Positions 24,769 through 39,414 of a DNA stretch of 64,000 nucleotides are shown here, piece by piece (within the stretch, counting starts at the first letter, position 1; every line of letters starts with the position of its first letter). The position numbers and the translations under genes are program-made. The DNA is from Chiloscyllium plagiosum (lineage: Eukaryota). The stretch covers positions 5,919,991-5,983,990 of the forward strand of contig NC_057752.1 in NCBI RefSeq assembly GCF_004010195.1, given 5' to 3'. The notes beneath the pieces are model-generated. The model was not told the DNA's origin, did no database searches, and was given only the letters and a program-made list of their open reading frames with translations.

Positions 24769-26484
24769 GGACTGCTTTCTCACGATTGTTTGGAAAAGTT
24801 GACTCACTCGATGAGGTGAATTTAGCCATGCTAACGTTTTTACTTTCATCATTTCCTTGGGGTGTGGCGTTTGCTGTTTACTGTCTTGAATCAATGATAC
24901 ACTCAATAGTGTCTTTGATTTTGCTGTAGTCTCTCTTCCAAGACTTGTTCAAGCAGCTCCTGCTAGCTTAATGTGAGAAATTCAAATTTGAACTGGACCT
25001 TGCGGAAAGATTTAATGAACCGACAATGCATTAAGATTTTATTCAATCAACAGTGCACTTACTGCATTCCAATAAGATATTTTGCTCCTGTTTTTTAAAA
25101 TGCACTTTTGACCACTGCTCTAAACTTGACAAGCATTTTGTTCAGTTCTTTTGTACTGCATTGCAATCACTGGATTAGTAACTTGTTCTGGATATTTTAT
25201 ATTTTTGCTTAATGCCTAACCAGTAACAATAGGTACTACAAAACTAACCTTATTAAATATTTAATCTGTTCACCTCTGCAAAATAGTCTGGTTTTGATGT
25301 TTTTGCATGGTTGAAAATATGAATTTTTAGTGAATGTACCCAAATGTTTTCTGGAGACTTGCAAAATGTTCTTTTAAATCTGTTCACTGACAGCTGAGGG
25401 GTGGTGGGGAAATCTAGATTTGTAGAGTGAATCAAAATGCTGGGATACTTGGAGCTACATGTCCTCTACTCTATATAATCGGTGGCCAGCTGCCAATTAG
25501 AATTAGAGCAACTTGCCCACCCATTTAGTGCGCTCTGATGTATACCTGGAAGTCTCTTTACAATCATTTGATAATCTTCATGTATATTTGGAAGATAAAG
25601 TAGGGAAGGACTTTTTTTCCCACCCTGCATGATTAAGGTTTCCACTGTAGCTAGATGTTGCTGCATGCTGTCAAAGAAATGAGTGGATGTATCTGTCCAA
25701 CCAAAAGTAGTTCAGGATGACTGAAGAAAATGAAAGCCTTTGATACCACCATTTTTCACAGTTTCTGTTACTGTAACCAAATACACTTTAATCAGTGACT
25801 GGGTAGGTTCACTGCATCCTTCCTTGGGTCTAGATTTAGAGCAACATAGAACTGTTAAAGAATTTTTCTAAACCTGAAATCTGACTGTGGTGTTTTAAAA
25901 TGCATGTTTAAAATTGAAGGGTAGTAACAGATGGAAAATGACTTTTGAGCTGCAAGAGGTAACGAGGGCTGAGGCAGTGGAATGGGTTACTAGAATTTGA
26001 TTGAATCATGATTCAATCTTTCCTTTTAAGAACAAGATAAGCAGTTGAGGAGATTGGGAACAGAGTGGACATTTTGAAGTTGAAACAAAGGTTGGATTAA
26101 GGCAGTGGATTTTTGGTGTGTATTAAAATTGCAACACAAATTTTAATTCCTGGCCTTGTTGCATTGAATTATTTATGAACTGCTTAACCCATCTAACACT
26201 GCGATCTATTTACCTGTTTTGTATTACCTGCCTTGAAGTGGAAGGTTTTTTGATCAGAGGCATTTCCAAATTAAAATCTTCCCCACCCCAAGCTGGTTTT
26301 TTTTCTGAATTGGCTTGTGTTATACAAATGACAATGAATAGCCCATTTCCATTTTGGACAGTTTATAGGTAGGTGTTCCCTTGCATGCAAAATTTTTTTT
26401 ATAATTGTCTTTTCTTTCTCCTTTTTTTGACTTTAAGTAAAAAAATCAAAAATTTATCCATGAACCTCCCATGGCCCCACCAAC

Positions 26485-26740
26485 TATAGAATCCCTAGAG
26501 TGTGGAAATGGGCCATTCTGCCCAACAAGTCCACACCCACCCTGACCCATCCCCTTACCCTATTAGTCTACATTTGCCCCTGACTAATGCACCTAACCTA
26601 CACATCCATGAACACTATGGGCAACTTAGCATAGCCAATTCACCTAACCTCCACATCTTTAAATTGTGGGAGGAAACCAGAGCACCTGGAGGAAACCCAC
26701 GCAGACACCGGGAGAATGTGCAAACTCCACACAGACATCG
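26485..26740 (-). mobile_element. HE1-like SINE fragment
   Basis: ggaaacccacgcagacac body on the minus strand. Confidence 0.85.
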
Positions 26741-27109
26741 AGGCTGGATTTTGCTTGCATTTTGTCATAAGGCAGTCTTAAAATATTAAGGCCTTCTGAG
26801 CCCAGAAGCTGCTTGTGTTCATGTGTCCTGCTACAAACCAAGCAGGACCCTCCTATCTTTGCCTTACTCTGAACACTTTTAACCTGTTCCCATCTCATAT
26901 TGCAAGTGTTGACCTAGGTTGTAATCACTAAATGGCAAGGTTTCAGCCATTCACTCTTTGAACTGACTGTGGTATGTAAGTGCAGAGTGGTGAAGCACCA
27001 CCTCTTCAATGAGGAAGAAGTACACTGAAGACTGACCTAGAACAGCCCTTGGGAGGGGGGAATTTCAGATTTCTTTTGTTACCATTTAAAGCAGTGCTTT
27101 CCAACATCA

Positions 27110-27346
27110 AAACAAAAATACAAATTGCTGGCAGAGCTCAGCAGGTCTGGCAGCAACTGAGGAGAGAAATCAGTTGATGTTTCAGGCCAAGTGACCCTTC
27201 CTTGAACTTCTAAGAAAGGGTCACTTGACCCAAAACTTTTAACTCTGATTTCTGTTCTTTGATGCTACCAGACCTGCTGAGCTCTTCCAGCAATTTCTAC
27301 TTTTTGTCTCTAATTTGCAGCATCCATAGTTTGTTTTTTTTTCCCC
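27110..27346. mobile_element. Inverted pair of Penelope-like termini (family C), degenerate hammerheads
   Basis: Imperfect arms of about 95 nt centred near 27207; 9-bp TSD ccaacatca (27101-27109 / 27347-27355). Confidence 0.8.
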
Positions 27347-28071
27347 CCAACATCACTGACTTCCAAGACATTTCCAGTAAGTGCTGGGTGTTGCTGAATG
27401 TCTGTCTTTTTTTATTTGACCTAGAGTTCGCTTCTGATTTCTGCAGAAGTGATTTGAGGCTTTACACTAATGAAGTTGTGTTGCAGTGAGCTTGGAATGT
27501 AGCTTCAATCTCTTATAATATCATCATTCCATTGGGGAAGATTCACATTTTTGAGATGTATCTGCAATTGTGTAGACCAAGAATAGTCCATCACTATATA
27601 ATCTCTGAACAAGTACTTGTGAGCTGAAAGATGCCCCTTGTCTTGAGTATTGCCTTGGGCATCTTCCTCCATTTATGCTTTGGAAATCTTAAGATTTGAG
27701 CATACAGCCTGTATGGAGGAAGATTGGAATAAATCAGTTTAAAATACCTGTCAAAATAAACTCCATAACAATGTTTGTTTGCTTTTTTAAAAAAAAGCAA
27801 CCAGAGAATCATTGTCCTTGTGTACCTAAGCTCTATCTTCAACCCATCTAGTTTAAGTTCATGTCTTGCTGTTCTTAGTGACTACAGATCATGCTTGCAT
27901 TAATGTTCCCATACTCCTTGTCCACATGCGCACACCATTTGTAGTGGCTTACAAATTACAACTGCTTTTTTTTTTTGTTTTCGATTTTGTAATAAAGACT
28001 CCTGGAAAGAAATATTTAAATTATTTTCAATCTTCCCACTTGCATTTGTCCAACAATACTGTTATGGGATT

Positions 28072-28900
28072 ATAGAGTCATAGTCATAAGAGTAATACAG
28101 CATGGAAACAGGTCCTTCAGCCCAAACTGGTCCATGGTGCCCACTCAGCTAGTTCAAATTGTCTGCATTTGGTCCCTATCCCTCAACCCTTCCCATCATG
28201 TACCTATCCAAATGTGTTTTTAAATGTTGCCACTGTACCTGCCTCGAACACTTTTTTATTTTCTCTGGCACCCCACTCCATATACACACACCACTCTGAA
28301 GATGGTGCCCTGCAGGTCCTCCCTAAATTCCCCCCCCCTCTTATTTTTTTCCCCCACCCACTCCTATGTCTTCAAGCTTTCAATTCCTTATCTGTGCAGA
28401 AAAAAATTATCTGCATTCATCCTGTCAATGCCCCTTGTGATTTTATACATGTCAATGTGGTCACCTCCATCTCCTACATTCCATTGAATAAAATATCCTG
28501 GCCAATCTTTCCTTGTAACTCGGACCTACTAGTCCTGGCAGCGTTCTTGTAAATTTTCTTTGCACTTTTGTTTCTAGTTTAATATACCTTTCCTATAACA
28601 GGGTGACCAAAACTGTACACAATGCTCCAAGTGCATCCTTGACAACTGTAACATAACACCCTAACTCCTATACTCAGTGCCTTGACCAATGAAGGCCTGT
28701 ATGCTAAATGCCTTTTTCACCACCCTGTCTACTTGTGACACTGCTTTCAACAAACAATATACTTTGTACTGCTAGGTCCCTCTGTTCCACAACACTCCTC
28801 CTGACCTTGCCACTTACTGTATTAGTCCTACCTTGGTTTGACTTTCCAAAGTGCAACACCTTTCTTCTGTGTATTGAATTCCATTTGCTAATCCTAAACC
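28072..28900 (-). mobile_element. Decayed CR1 LINE 3' fragment
   Basis: tcatag tail repeats followed by reverse-complement CR1 3' sequence. Confidence 0.8.
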
Positions 28901-29994
28901 TGTTCAGCGCAAATTATCCTGGCTGAAATAGACATGTGACTGCAATGCAAAAATCCTTTGGCTCCCTTCCCCTGCTCCTTTGACTACAAAGTGTCTACTC
29001 TAGATTAAGCAGGGAGTTGCTTGCTCCAACATTTTTCAAACCCTATTCAAGTTCTCCATTACTTTTTCAGAAATAAATGGAATTGGAGTAAATGAAAATT
29101 TGCATTAAATCTGTGTGTGATGCACATACTTGGTTTTAGATTTTTATTTTTAGCTGTAAATGTATCCTGTTCATGACCTTCATTCCTGAGTAATGTGCAC
29201 AAATACTGAATTTGGTAAAGGTGGGAAAGCCCTTATGCAATTAATATTCAGACTTTACTGGATTATGAATGTCTGTCTCTTGCTGTTTGTAATTAAAGTT
29301 TGCAGGGTATCGAAATAGCATGTGAAGGTTCACACACCAAGTACATCACAGAAGCACAGTCTCCACTGCTGTTTCAGCTGGTTAAAGCAATGAGGAACAG
29401 CACTATCGAGCTCTGGTTCATTGTCCAGTCAATTTGGTGGACCTCTGCTAGAGCAGTAATATGGAGACTGCCTGTTAAGCCTTTATGCCACGAGAAGTAA
29501 ATATACATTTCCATAATCTGTATTCCCTGCATGCACCATGTCACAGGGAAGAGCCCTATGAAATGTTGGGTAAATTTTGTTCTCTTGCCTGCTTGCAATT
29601 TTTAATACTTTTTGAGCCTTTGAATACAAACTAACTAATTGTAATAATGATCTGTCATCTTCTGTTTGAAATGCACAGTCTAAGTATACTTGAAACACAA
29701 TTGTCAATGTACAAGTGTCTATGTTGGAAAATGTCTCTGCAAATAGTTCATGTTTTCATCCTCCCAAGATGGCTAGTCACCTCACTGAGCTATTAGCATT
29801 TATCACTATGCTTTTCAGGTGGATTTAATCATTTATTTTTAAGAGTCTAGAAGAAACTTTCCATGGTGCTAACATATGACTTTCTTCAACATGTTGCACT
29901 TTTTGTGTTTAAGTTGTTTAGAAGTGGTGTTTGATCAGATTAGAGCACAATCTTTTTAAGGACATTTCATCTAGGATCTTAGAAAACATCTTAG

Positions 29995-30268
29995 CCCTAC
30001 AGTGTGAAAGCAAGCAGGCCGTTTGGTCCATCGAGTCTATGCCCACTCTCTGAACATCCCACCCAGACCCACATCTCTGCATTTCTTCCCATGAAGAATC
30101 TACCTAGTCTGCATATCTTTGGACTATGGGCGGAAACTGGAGCATCCGGAGGAAACCCATGCAGACTGAATGTGTAAGCTCCACGCAAACTCCAGAGGGC
30201 AGAATTGAACCCAAGTAGCTGGTGCTGTGAGACAGCTGTGCTAACCACTGAGCTGCTATGCTGCCCCC
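29995..30268 (-). mobile_element. HE1-like SINE
   Basis: ctaaccactgagc (A-box reverse complement) and the family body. Confidence 0.8.
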
Positions 30269-32859
30269 ATCTTGGGATTTTCAAATGCCATTCTTTCCTT
30301 TGTGTGTTGGGTCCAGGAGAATCCTCTAAACTGATTTGATTTTAAATGAAGGAGTTGAATGGTGTGCAGCCATAAACTAGTCATAATTGACTTGAGCTGG
30401 ATGGCATTACTAACCTCCCCTTTCCAGGGGTCCAGTCTTTCTAAGAGTTTCTCACTGCAGTGAGTTATTAATCTTTCATGATTTTCAGTCTCCTAGTTTT
30501 GCTGACCTTTAAATCTATCCATAGTCACGCTTACCATTACAATTTGGCCTTTTCTTTCCAGCTTGTGTCCCTCTCCACTTTGGATTGACTCCCTTTCTCC
30601 CCAGTAACCTGTAGCTTTGACTTCAAGCTCCTACTTTGCTTGTCTTAAATCCCTTGTTCGCCACTTACTGAGCTTTTGATCTACTAGATAATCACTTTGC
30701 TGTTGCCTGTCTGTGCATTCTCAGTGTCTATGTATCCAGCACAATTGGTTTAACTGTTCATTTCCACATGTAGATGGACAATTTTTAAGCTGGGACAAAA
30801 GCAGAATAGCTATCTACTCTTGTACTCCTGAGCTCTTACTGTCAGACCAACTTGTTACTCTTCACCCTTTTTTTTTTTCTTCAGACTCCATCTGCTGACC
30901 AGTTGCCTTTCCTTCTGTTCACTAAATAGCTTGCTCAGTCTCTTTTTTTTTTCTCTCTCTCTCTCTCTCTGACCAATTTTCAAAACAACAATCACCTTCC
31001 TTTCCTTCCTGCGCTTCTTCCCATCTGCCATCTTCTCTCAATCTCTTGACTTTTTTTCTATTCTTGAACTGCTAACTTGTCCAAATCTTTCTTGGTCTTC
31101 AACCTTTCAAGAGTGAAGATCAATCTGGTTAAGAACTCATGGGTAACTTTTTTTTTCTATTGGTTTTAAAAACTCAGTCAATCTGCCACGTTCCATTCGG
31201 TGAAACTCATTCACAACTATTACCCATATCCTAACTTGTTCTTTGCTGGCTTTTGTTGGTGCTTTAGTCTGGTTCAGCCTTATAAAACAGTGGCCATGAA
31301 ACAGCTTGAATACAAGAACTGTGTACTTTTTCATCTTCCAGCCTCTTGCACATTCTCATTCCTCGTTGCACCTTACTGTTTTTGATCATATTGTAGGCTA
31401 AATACTGGATTACCCTATCTGTTTGTGAAGCACTTTTGTTCTGTTTTCCTTCACTATGCAATGGTATTGGCAAACTGCTGTAAAAGAGGGGTTAGAGGTT
31501 TTCTGATTTTTCTTGCAACTTGTATTAGACTGCTTTGCAGTAACTATTGACTGACTTTTTATTCGATGAATAAACTAATCAAAGTCTGAAATGAGTTTCA
31601 TGTGTTTGTATGAAGTGCATGTTTCACCAAATACATCACCACTGCTCAATCTCTAAAGTGAAGTAGGAAGCATTTCAATAAATCTGCATGGTGAGCAGCC
31701 TCACTTAAACCAAGCCCTAATATGAAGCTGGAGTGCATTCCGGCCACGATGCAGTAATTCGCAAATGTTCAGCAAAACAGCATGCTGATGGCAAATAAAA
31801 GCGCAAAGCCAGTGTTCTTAGCAAAAGGGAGCAAGTTTTTAAGTGTTTTAAAATATCCAACATGTTTTAATAGTGGCTTTTTTTTTGAAAACCTAAAATT
31901 GCATTAGTCACAGCATTGTTTACTCTTGAGTCACCTTCTCTATGCTTTTTTTTGTATCTTTGACCAGTTCTAGCAAGTAGACTTCTGGATAATTCACTTA
32001 TGAGCCAGAATTTGCAGGGAATTGTAAGTGTTTTTTGTCTTCACAACAACTTGAAGTTCCTTTTTTTTTAAAAAAGAACACTTTTTTTTGTGTGTGTGAA
32101 GTAACATGTGCCAGAGTGACCAATTACTTGTGCATTTTGGTATACAAATCAGTATTGTGTAACCAAAGACAATATTTCCTGGATCTAAATTTTTTAATTG
32201 ATCAATTGATTGTGAATCATAGTTCCGAATATCCTCATGATCTCTTCAAAGGTTAATGTATCACTATGGCAGGACCTGCAAGAATTTGCATATCTCACAA
32301 TGAGTTGGTGGCACCAGATGGTTGCAGACTCAAAGCTGTAGAAACTGAAGGTGGTAGCTGGTAAGTGTGTACTTCTGGTTTATTAACTTATTGTGCCTTA
32401 TGGAATTTTGTGCAAAGTTTATCTTCAGAACAATCCACTCCCTGAAGAGTTGTGAATTGCTGAAATCCAGAAGCAGTCCCAGGACAAACTTGTCAACAGT
32501 TGCTGGAGGGATTCATGCTTTGGCTGTTGATGTACCTAGCTGGAGGTGGGTGTGTACAAAATGGTTTTTGCCCCTGCTCAAACATTTTAACTGAGTTAAA
32601 ACATAGCTGTTTCCATCTTGACTCTTTATTGTTCATAACACATTAGTTCCTTATCCTTTTTCACCACCATTACAGTTTGGGTTAATCAGCTTCCCTCTAC
32701 CTTCAGCCAAGGCCATGGTCTTTCGCATCTGCTTTATTCACTGACTTGGTCTTCCACCTGAAATTGAAATATGGAATCATAGAATCCCTACAGTGTAGAT
32801 AGAGGCCATTCAGCCCATTTGAGTTGGAGCATCTCACCTAGATCCTGCCTCCTCACTAT

Positions 32860-33555
32860 CCAAGGCCCGAGACATACCTTCCAGGTGAGTCTGTGTAATT
32901 TACCTGCACCTCGCACCATCTAGCCTAGTGTATTTTCTGCTCAATGTGGTTTAAGTGCAATTTAGGTGACCACTTTACAGAAGGCCTACATTCTGTCTGT
33001 GAACACTTGACCCTGAACTTCTGATTGCCTGGTATTTCAACAGTGTTCCCTGGCTAACATCGCTCTCTCAGGCTTGCTAGAGTGCTGCAGCTAAGTTCAG
33101 TGCCAACTGGAAGAACCACTCATTTTCCACTTGGGACCCCTGCAACCTCTTGAACTCTGTATAAAGTTCAATAATTTTAGAGCTTGAACATCTTTTCCCA
33201 TGTCTTTGCCCCAGTCCACACACACCAGACCTTGCCATTACATGGATTGCTACCACAAGCAGCCTGTTAGCAGCCACTAACATCCGTCTCCATTAGCAGC
33301 TACTTATTCTCTCGGGCTTACAGTTACCCATTCCTTTTATCTGCCCAACTGTTTGGTTTTTTTCCATCTCCACCTATTATTTACTCCCTTTCTCCCTCCC
33401 CACTCTAGCGTGCATACCAATCTTTTTTCCTAGTTACAACTTCTTCTGAAGGGTCACTAGACTTGAAATGTTAACTCTACTATCTCCACAGATGTTGCTG
33501 GACCTGAGTTTTATTTCCAGCAATTTGATTTCCACAGTTCTTTGGGTTTTTTGCC
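32860..33555 (+). mobile_element. Old Penelope-like 3' fragment (family C)
   Basis: Degenerate GIY-YIG-region DNA similar to 53135-53480; terminus ttctgaagggtcactagacttgaaatgttaactc is a degenerate hammerhead. Confidence 0.65.
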
Positions 33556-34899
33556 TGGTTACTGGAAAAGTTTTGAATTGTCACCAATAGACAATTTGTG
33601 GGTTACCATTTTAGCTTATCTGTCTGTCTCTAGTCTGGTTTTAGTTTTCCTGTGTAATGAATCATACTAGACAGCAGAGTCCCTTCAGCCAATCAAGTCT
33701 GCATTAACAAAACTACTCTATCTACTTCCAATTTCCAGCACTTGGCCCATAGTCTTGAATGTTATGACGTATTTTAAGTGCTCATCCATGTCCTAATAGT
33801 TGCAAGGCTTCCTGGCTCCACTAACTTTCCAGGCAGTTCATTCTGGATTCCCACTGGGTGAAGCTTTTTTTCTTGTCCTCTCTACACAATCTCCTGCTTT
33901 TTTCACCTTTAAATCATGTTCCTTTTGCGATTGATCCTTCAACTAAGGTTTCAAGAAGTATTGATTCCAGGTTATAATACTGTGGGACGGTATTGCTCCA
34001 AATGTATCTGGACAACATGCAATTGTAATAAATTGCTATTTAAAACTGTTGGTCATTGTTTTTGAATTTGGCAATGCACTTTGACCCTGAAGATGTGGGC
34101 CTGGATATCCTATTCCAGTTTGCTGTTTGCTCTTCCCTGTGCAATTCATCCAGGGAGAGTGACACAATTGTAATGATTTGGTATACTGTATTTTAAGTCA
34201 TTATACTCCTTTTTAAAATTAACTTAAATGAAGAGGCTGAATTTATACTTTTTTTTTGAGAAACCAATTTTTAGCTGTATTCATGTGTGTAAATGATCAC
34301 TTTTTTATTTCTAGTTTTAAAGCTCTGCCAAATTGTGCTGATTCATTGTTGATTTTGTTTTTGTGAGTTTGGGGCAGGGCAAAGCACTTCTACAGCTGGG
34401 TATGATTTAATTGCAGATCGATAATTGATTGTGTGCTCTGAAAAATCTAACCTATGATTTGAGATCTAAAAGCTCATCAGTCTATTTTCAGACTGCAGTC
34501 ATTTGTCTCCACTTTTCAGAAGTGGACATAATTGCTGCTTAGAAAGTCACCAACATTTTGAAAGCCGATCCAAGTTGGAATTCTTTCTGAAGTGGTACTG
34601 TTGAAAGATTTGTGGGTTTGTGTTTTGTAATAAATGTTGTTGTTTTGAAGATAATTCTGATTTCTGTTGGTTTATTATTTTGATGTCTGTGTAGTTTTTG
34701 CACACTGCATCATTCTGATATGTTCATTGACCATGAATATTTGATAACCATCCCTCTTGTTATCTCCAAATTCATTACTATTATGACAGTCAGCCAAAAT
34801 CATGATACTCAATTGGAGGTTATGTCTTTCTGAACAAGAATTGTAATGTTGAGTTATACTTCGTAGCATTGCTGTACTGTTTTAAATTGAGAGCGGGTT

Positions 34900-36640
34900 T
34901 TTTATCTCTATCATTTATTGACTGTCCCTAGTTGAAGGTGGTGAGCTGCCATCTTGAACCACCGTAGTCCATATGCTGTAGGTAGACTCGGTGCTGTGAG
35001 GGAGGGAATTCCAGGATTTTGACCCAGTGACACTGAAGGAATGGCTGCTATATTTCCAAGTCAGGACAGTGAGTGGCTTAGAGGTGAACTTGCAAGTGGT
35101 AGTGTTCCCATGTATCTGCTGCCCTTGTTCTTCTTGTTTGTGCCTTGTGAATGGTGGTGGACAAACTTTAAGCCTGTTTGCTGAGCTTGTTGGCAGATAT
35201 GTTGTGCCCTTGCTAAGTGGCATCAGTGCTGTTGTGCCTCCTGTGAAGTGCTGTATTGTTCCCCTTTTGAATTTGTGGTTCTGTTTTGAGCTATTTCCAG
35301 CTGGTGCTTGTTCCAGTTTTCCATTGACCTGGACCCAATATACAAACCACTGCAATGTTTGTTAATGGAGTCAAGGCACATATCATGCTTCCAGGAATTG
35401 TCCTGCTGTTCTTGCCTGACCCAGTATAGTTATGTTGCCTGTGTAGGGATACCAAGGAGTCCTATACAAGACAGGCTAAAAGAACAGCAAGAGAATTCCT
35501 GGAAGCATGGTACTCCTCCTCCAATTTCATTAACAAACCTATTGACCTGAACCCAACATACAAACCACTGCAATAGCAAACTGGAGCCAGTACCCCTCAA
35601 ATTCAAAGGTGATTGTGCAGCAGTGCTTCACAGGAGGCAGCACAGCACAAGTGTCATATAGAAAGGGGACAAAATGTCTGCCCACGACCAACAAATCCAA
35701 TGAGCTTCCGAGCTACAGATCTTCACAAACTTGAAACAAATTAAATCATTCACAACTGGATGTGGCAGGACTGCAGCGATTAGACCTGATCCATTAGATG
35801 AGGGATCATTGGCTTTGTCTATCACTTGGGGCTCATGTATCTTAGCATGCAAGTAGTCCTGTTTTAGTACCTTCAGGTTGACATCTCATTTTTAGGTATG
35901 CCTTGTGCTGCTCATGGCATGTTTGTTGATCTATGGCTTGATGTCAATGGTTGAGTTGGGAAATATGCCAGGCCAAGAGGTTGCAGATAGTGTTGGAATA
36001 CTAATCTGCTGTTGGTCCACAGTGTCTCATTGCTGTGCTTTTTCCAGCAGCACACTCTTTTTGACTCTGATCTCCAGCATCTGCAGTCCTCATGGATGGT
36101 CAGTCTTTGTTGCTAGATCTATTTGACATCTCACCCATTTAGCATGGTGATAATACCACAACACTATATGGTATTCGCCATGTAAAGGCAGGTCTTTGTC
36201 TCCACTGGCTATAAAGTGGTCTCTTGCCAATACAATCATGGACACGTGCATCTGCATTTGGCAGATTGGTATGGGTGACGTCAGGTATGTGTTTTCCATT
36301 GTTGGTTCTTTCATTACTTGCTGTAGACCCAGTCTGACCAGCTCAATCAGTAGTGCTGCTGTTGAGCCATACTTTGGACATTGTATTCTGGGAAATTTCA
36401 TTTTGCATCCTTGCCACCCAAGTTTTCAGTGTTTCATCAGCAGAGAGACCAGGAAACCACCTGATGACTATCTTTAACCTGAAGCCACGGGACTTCATGG
36501 TGTCCAGAGTCAATATTGAGGACGCCCAGGGCAACTCACTCCTGACTCTATACTATTGTGCTGCCGTCTTTGTGGCAACTGTTCTGCCTTTGAGACAGGG
36601 AATATCTAGGGATAGTGGTAGTCATCCTGGAATGTAGTCC
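34900..36640 (-). mobile_element. Decayed L2-type LINE with nested Penelope family-A structure (about 35225-35735)
   Basis: L2-like tail on the minus strand at 34915-35135 (matches 11960-12190 and 60200-60420); the PLE segment resembles 4840-5110. Confidence 0.6.
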
Positions 36641-37929
36641 TCTCTCGGAATCTTACCTTACAGACATTAACAAGCAACAGCCTGACACACAACTCTCCTC
36701 CTGATTTTGGCTTTAGCTGCCAGATGTATTGAGGATTCTGCAGGAACAACAGGGCTGGGTGTTTGGTGGTGTTTTTTTTTATCTTTTACCAATGCCTAGG
36801 TCCATGCCAGTAGTCTGCCTAGCTTCATTTATCTGAGACTTCGATACCATTGTTCCAAAGTTGAGTGGCTTGCAAGACCACTTCAGAAGGAAGCTGAGTT
36901 GACCACATTGCTGTGGGTCTAGAGTCACATGTAGGCCAGATCAGGTGAGGATGGCAGATTTACTTCCCTGAACCAGATGGGTTTTTTCAGCAATCAGCAA
37001 TTGTTTCAGTCATCACTAGATTCTTGATTCCAGATTTTAAATCCAAGTCCCCAGGGAATTTAGAGTTTCTGGATTAACAGGTGATCAATACAATCAGGCA
37101 GCCATTCTCTCCTCCACTTGGAGAGAATGCAGTTAAGAATATTTTCATAATTGAACGATCTGTAGCAAAAATGCTACAATGAGAAGACCTTTGTAATGTA
37201 AAACTAGGAATGAGCACAATTTGTGGTTATCACTAAAAATTGAATGAACCCCAATAAATAGTTCTTTTTAACTATCATTACAATTTACCCATGTGCACTG
37301 GGACACTGTTAGACAGCTTTTTCAAAGAGCTAGCATAAGCACGTTGGGCCAAATAGTTGCATCTTGACCATTTATAGAAGCATAGGATGATAGAAGACAA
37401 GGAGGAGTGTATGTTCAGAAAGGTTTTATGACAATAGGCTACATATTGTAACTCCAGTGCCTCTGGTATCTGTGCTACTCAAACTGTCACTTGAGTCAAA
37501 ATGATCTCATCTCTAACTTCCTGAAAATACAACTCAGCTTGTTTGTATTCTTTGCTAATACTTGTCATTTGTAATGCACTGTGGCTCAATGTCACATGCA
37601 TAGGTCTGTGCTGCAGCATCAGCAGCTTTGACACATATAGTGCATCAAAGATCAACATCTTAAAAAGTGAACCAATAAAGAGGTTAGAATTAACAGAGAG
37701 CCTGGTCAGAGATGGGTTTTAATCTCAGAGTTGTGGAGAGATTGAGGATTCCAGAGAAGAGTCAAAGTTGTTGAATGTTCTGCCACTGTGGATAGTGGAA
37801 AAGGTTTGGAGTATTAAATTAGAAAAAGTACTGAGAAACTGGTCTGGTAGCATCTATGGAGTGAATCAAATGAGTTGGGTTTGTAGAAGATGAGACCGGA
37901 TTGGAGTAATTGGAATGTGGGTTAGTCAT

Positions 37930-39135
37930 AAATGTACAGCATCAAAACAGCCCCTTCTGGTTGGCATGGACGAGGTGAACCGATATCCTAAATTTAATCT
38001 TGTCCCATTTGCCAGCTCTTGGCCTATATCCCTTCTAAACCCTTCTATTCATGTACCCATCCAGATGCCTTTTAAATGTCTTAATTGTACCAGCCTCCTC
38101 CACTTCCTCTGGTAGCTCATTCCAAACATGCATCACCCTTTTGTGTGAAGAAGTTCCCCTTTTTAGGCCCATGTTTTAAACCAATCCCCTGTCACCTTAA
38201 ATCTATGCCCTCTAGTTCTGGACACCTCCACCCCAAGGAAAAGACCTTTTTTGTCTGATCACCCTATCCATGTCCCTTGTGGTTTTATAAACCTCCAAAG
38301 GTCACTCCTTAGCCTCTGATGCCCCAGAGAAACAGTCTATTCAGCCTCTCCTATAGTTCCAACCCCAGCAAAATCCTTAATCGTTTTGGAACCCTTTTCA
38401 AGTTTCACAACATTTCTCCTACAGCTGGGAGACCAGAATTGCATGCACTATTCCAATAATGGCCTAACCCACCCAATGTCCTGTATGACCGCAACATAAC
38501 CTCCTAAATCCTATACTCCATGTTCTGACCAATAAGGGAAAACATACTAAACACTGCCTTCATTATCCTATCTACCTGAGACTCCACTTTCAAGGAACTA
38601 TGAACCTACACTCCAAGGTCTTTGTTCGGAGACACTCCCTAGGACCTTACCATTTAAGTGTACAATCCTGCCCTGAATGTAGCACTTCACATTTATCTAA
38701 ATTAAAATCCACATCTGCCACTCCTTGGTCCATCTGATCAAATTGTTGTGCTGAGGTACCCACCTTTGCTGTCCTCTATATATTTCCAATTTTGGTGTCG
38801 TCTGCAAGCTTGCTTATCACTCCTCCTATGTTCACATCCAAATCACTTGCATAAATAACGAGAAGCAGTGGACCCAGCACCAATCCTTGTGGCACACTGC
38901 TGGTCACAGGCCTCTAGTCTGAAAAGCAACCCTCCACCACCATCCTCTGTCTTTTTACCTTTTTTTTGAGCCAGTTCTGTATCCACATGGCTAGTTCTCC
39001 CTGTATTCTGATCTAACCTTGCTAACCAGTCTACCCTGAGGAACCTTGTCAAATGCCTTACTGATCTCTATCGATCACATCCACTGCTCTATCCTCATCA
39101 ATCCTCTTTGTTGCTACTTCAAAAAAAACTCAATT
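37930..39135 (-). mobile_element. CR1 LINE fragment
   Basis: Reverse complement of the CR1 RT/3' region. Confidence 0.88.
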
Positions 39136-39414
39136 AAGTTAGGGTTTTGATGGGTTTGGGAAGGTAGTTCCCGACGTAAAAGAATGAGAAACTTATCTTG
39201 GGAGTTGAATTTTAAAAAAAACTTTCTAACTAATGGCCTCCTCGTGGCTCATGATTGATGTATAATTGAGAAGACTTGAAGGAAATTTAGTTCCTGTACT
39301 TGGCAAAGAACTTGGTGAGGATGTGAGGAGACACATTAACGTGCTTTTCTTTTTTAAAATGTCTTTAGCATTGATCTTTGTCACTGACAATGACAGGGCA
39401 TGTGTATGAGATAC

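Larger units (their letters stand above)
24769..34650 (+). other. Putative ARF3 3'UTR / downstream region with several AATAAA signals; true end unknown
   Basis: U-rich, mostly unique sequence after the stop; AATAAA near 27729, 27991, 29072, 31569, 31677 and 34629, the last followed by a GU/U-rich tract. Confidence 0.35.

Noticed and set aside
29300..29500. Acceptor-like ttgcag followed by a 66-aa ORF as an alternative ARF last exon
   Set aside because: No similarity to an ARF C-terminus and it would break the NKQD motif.
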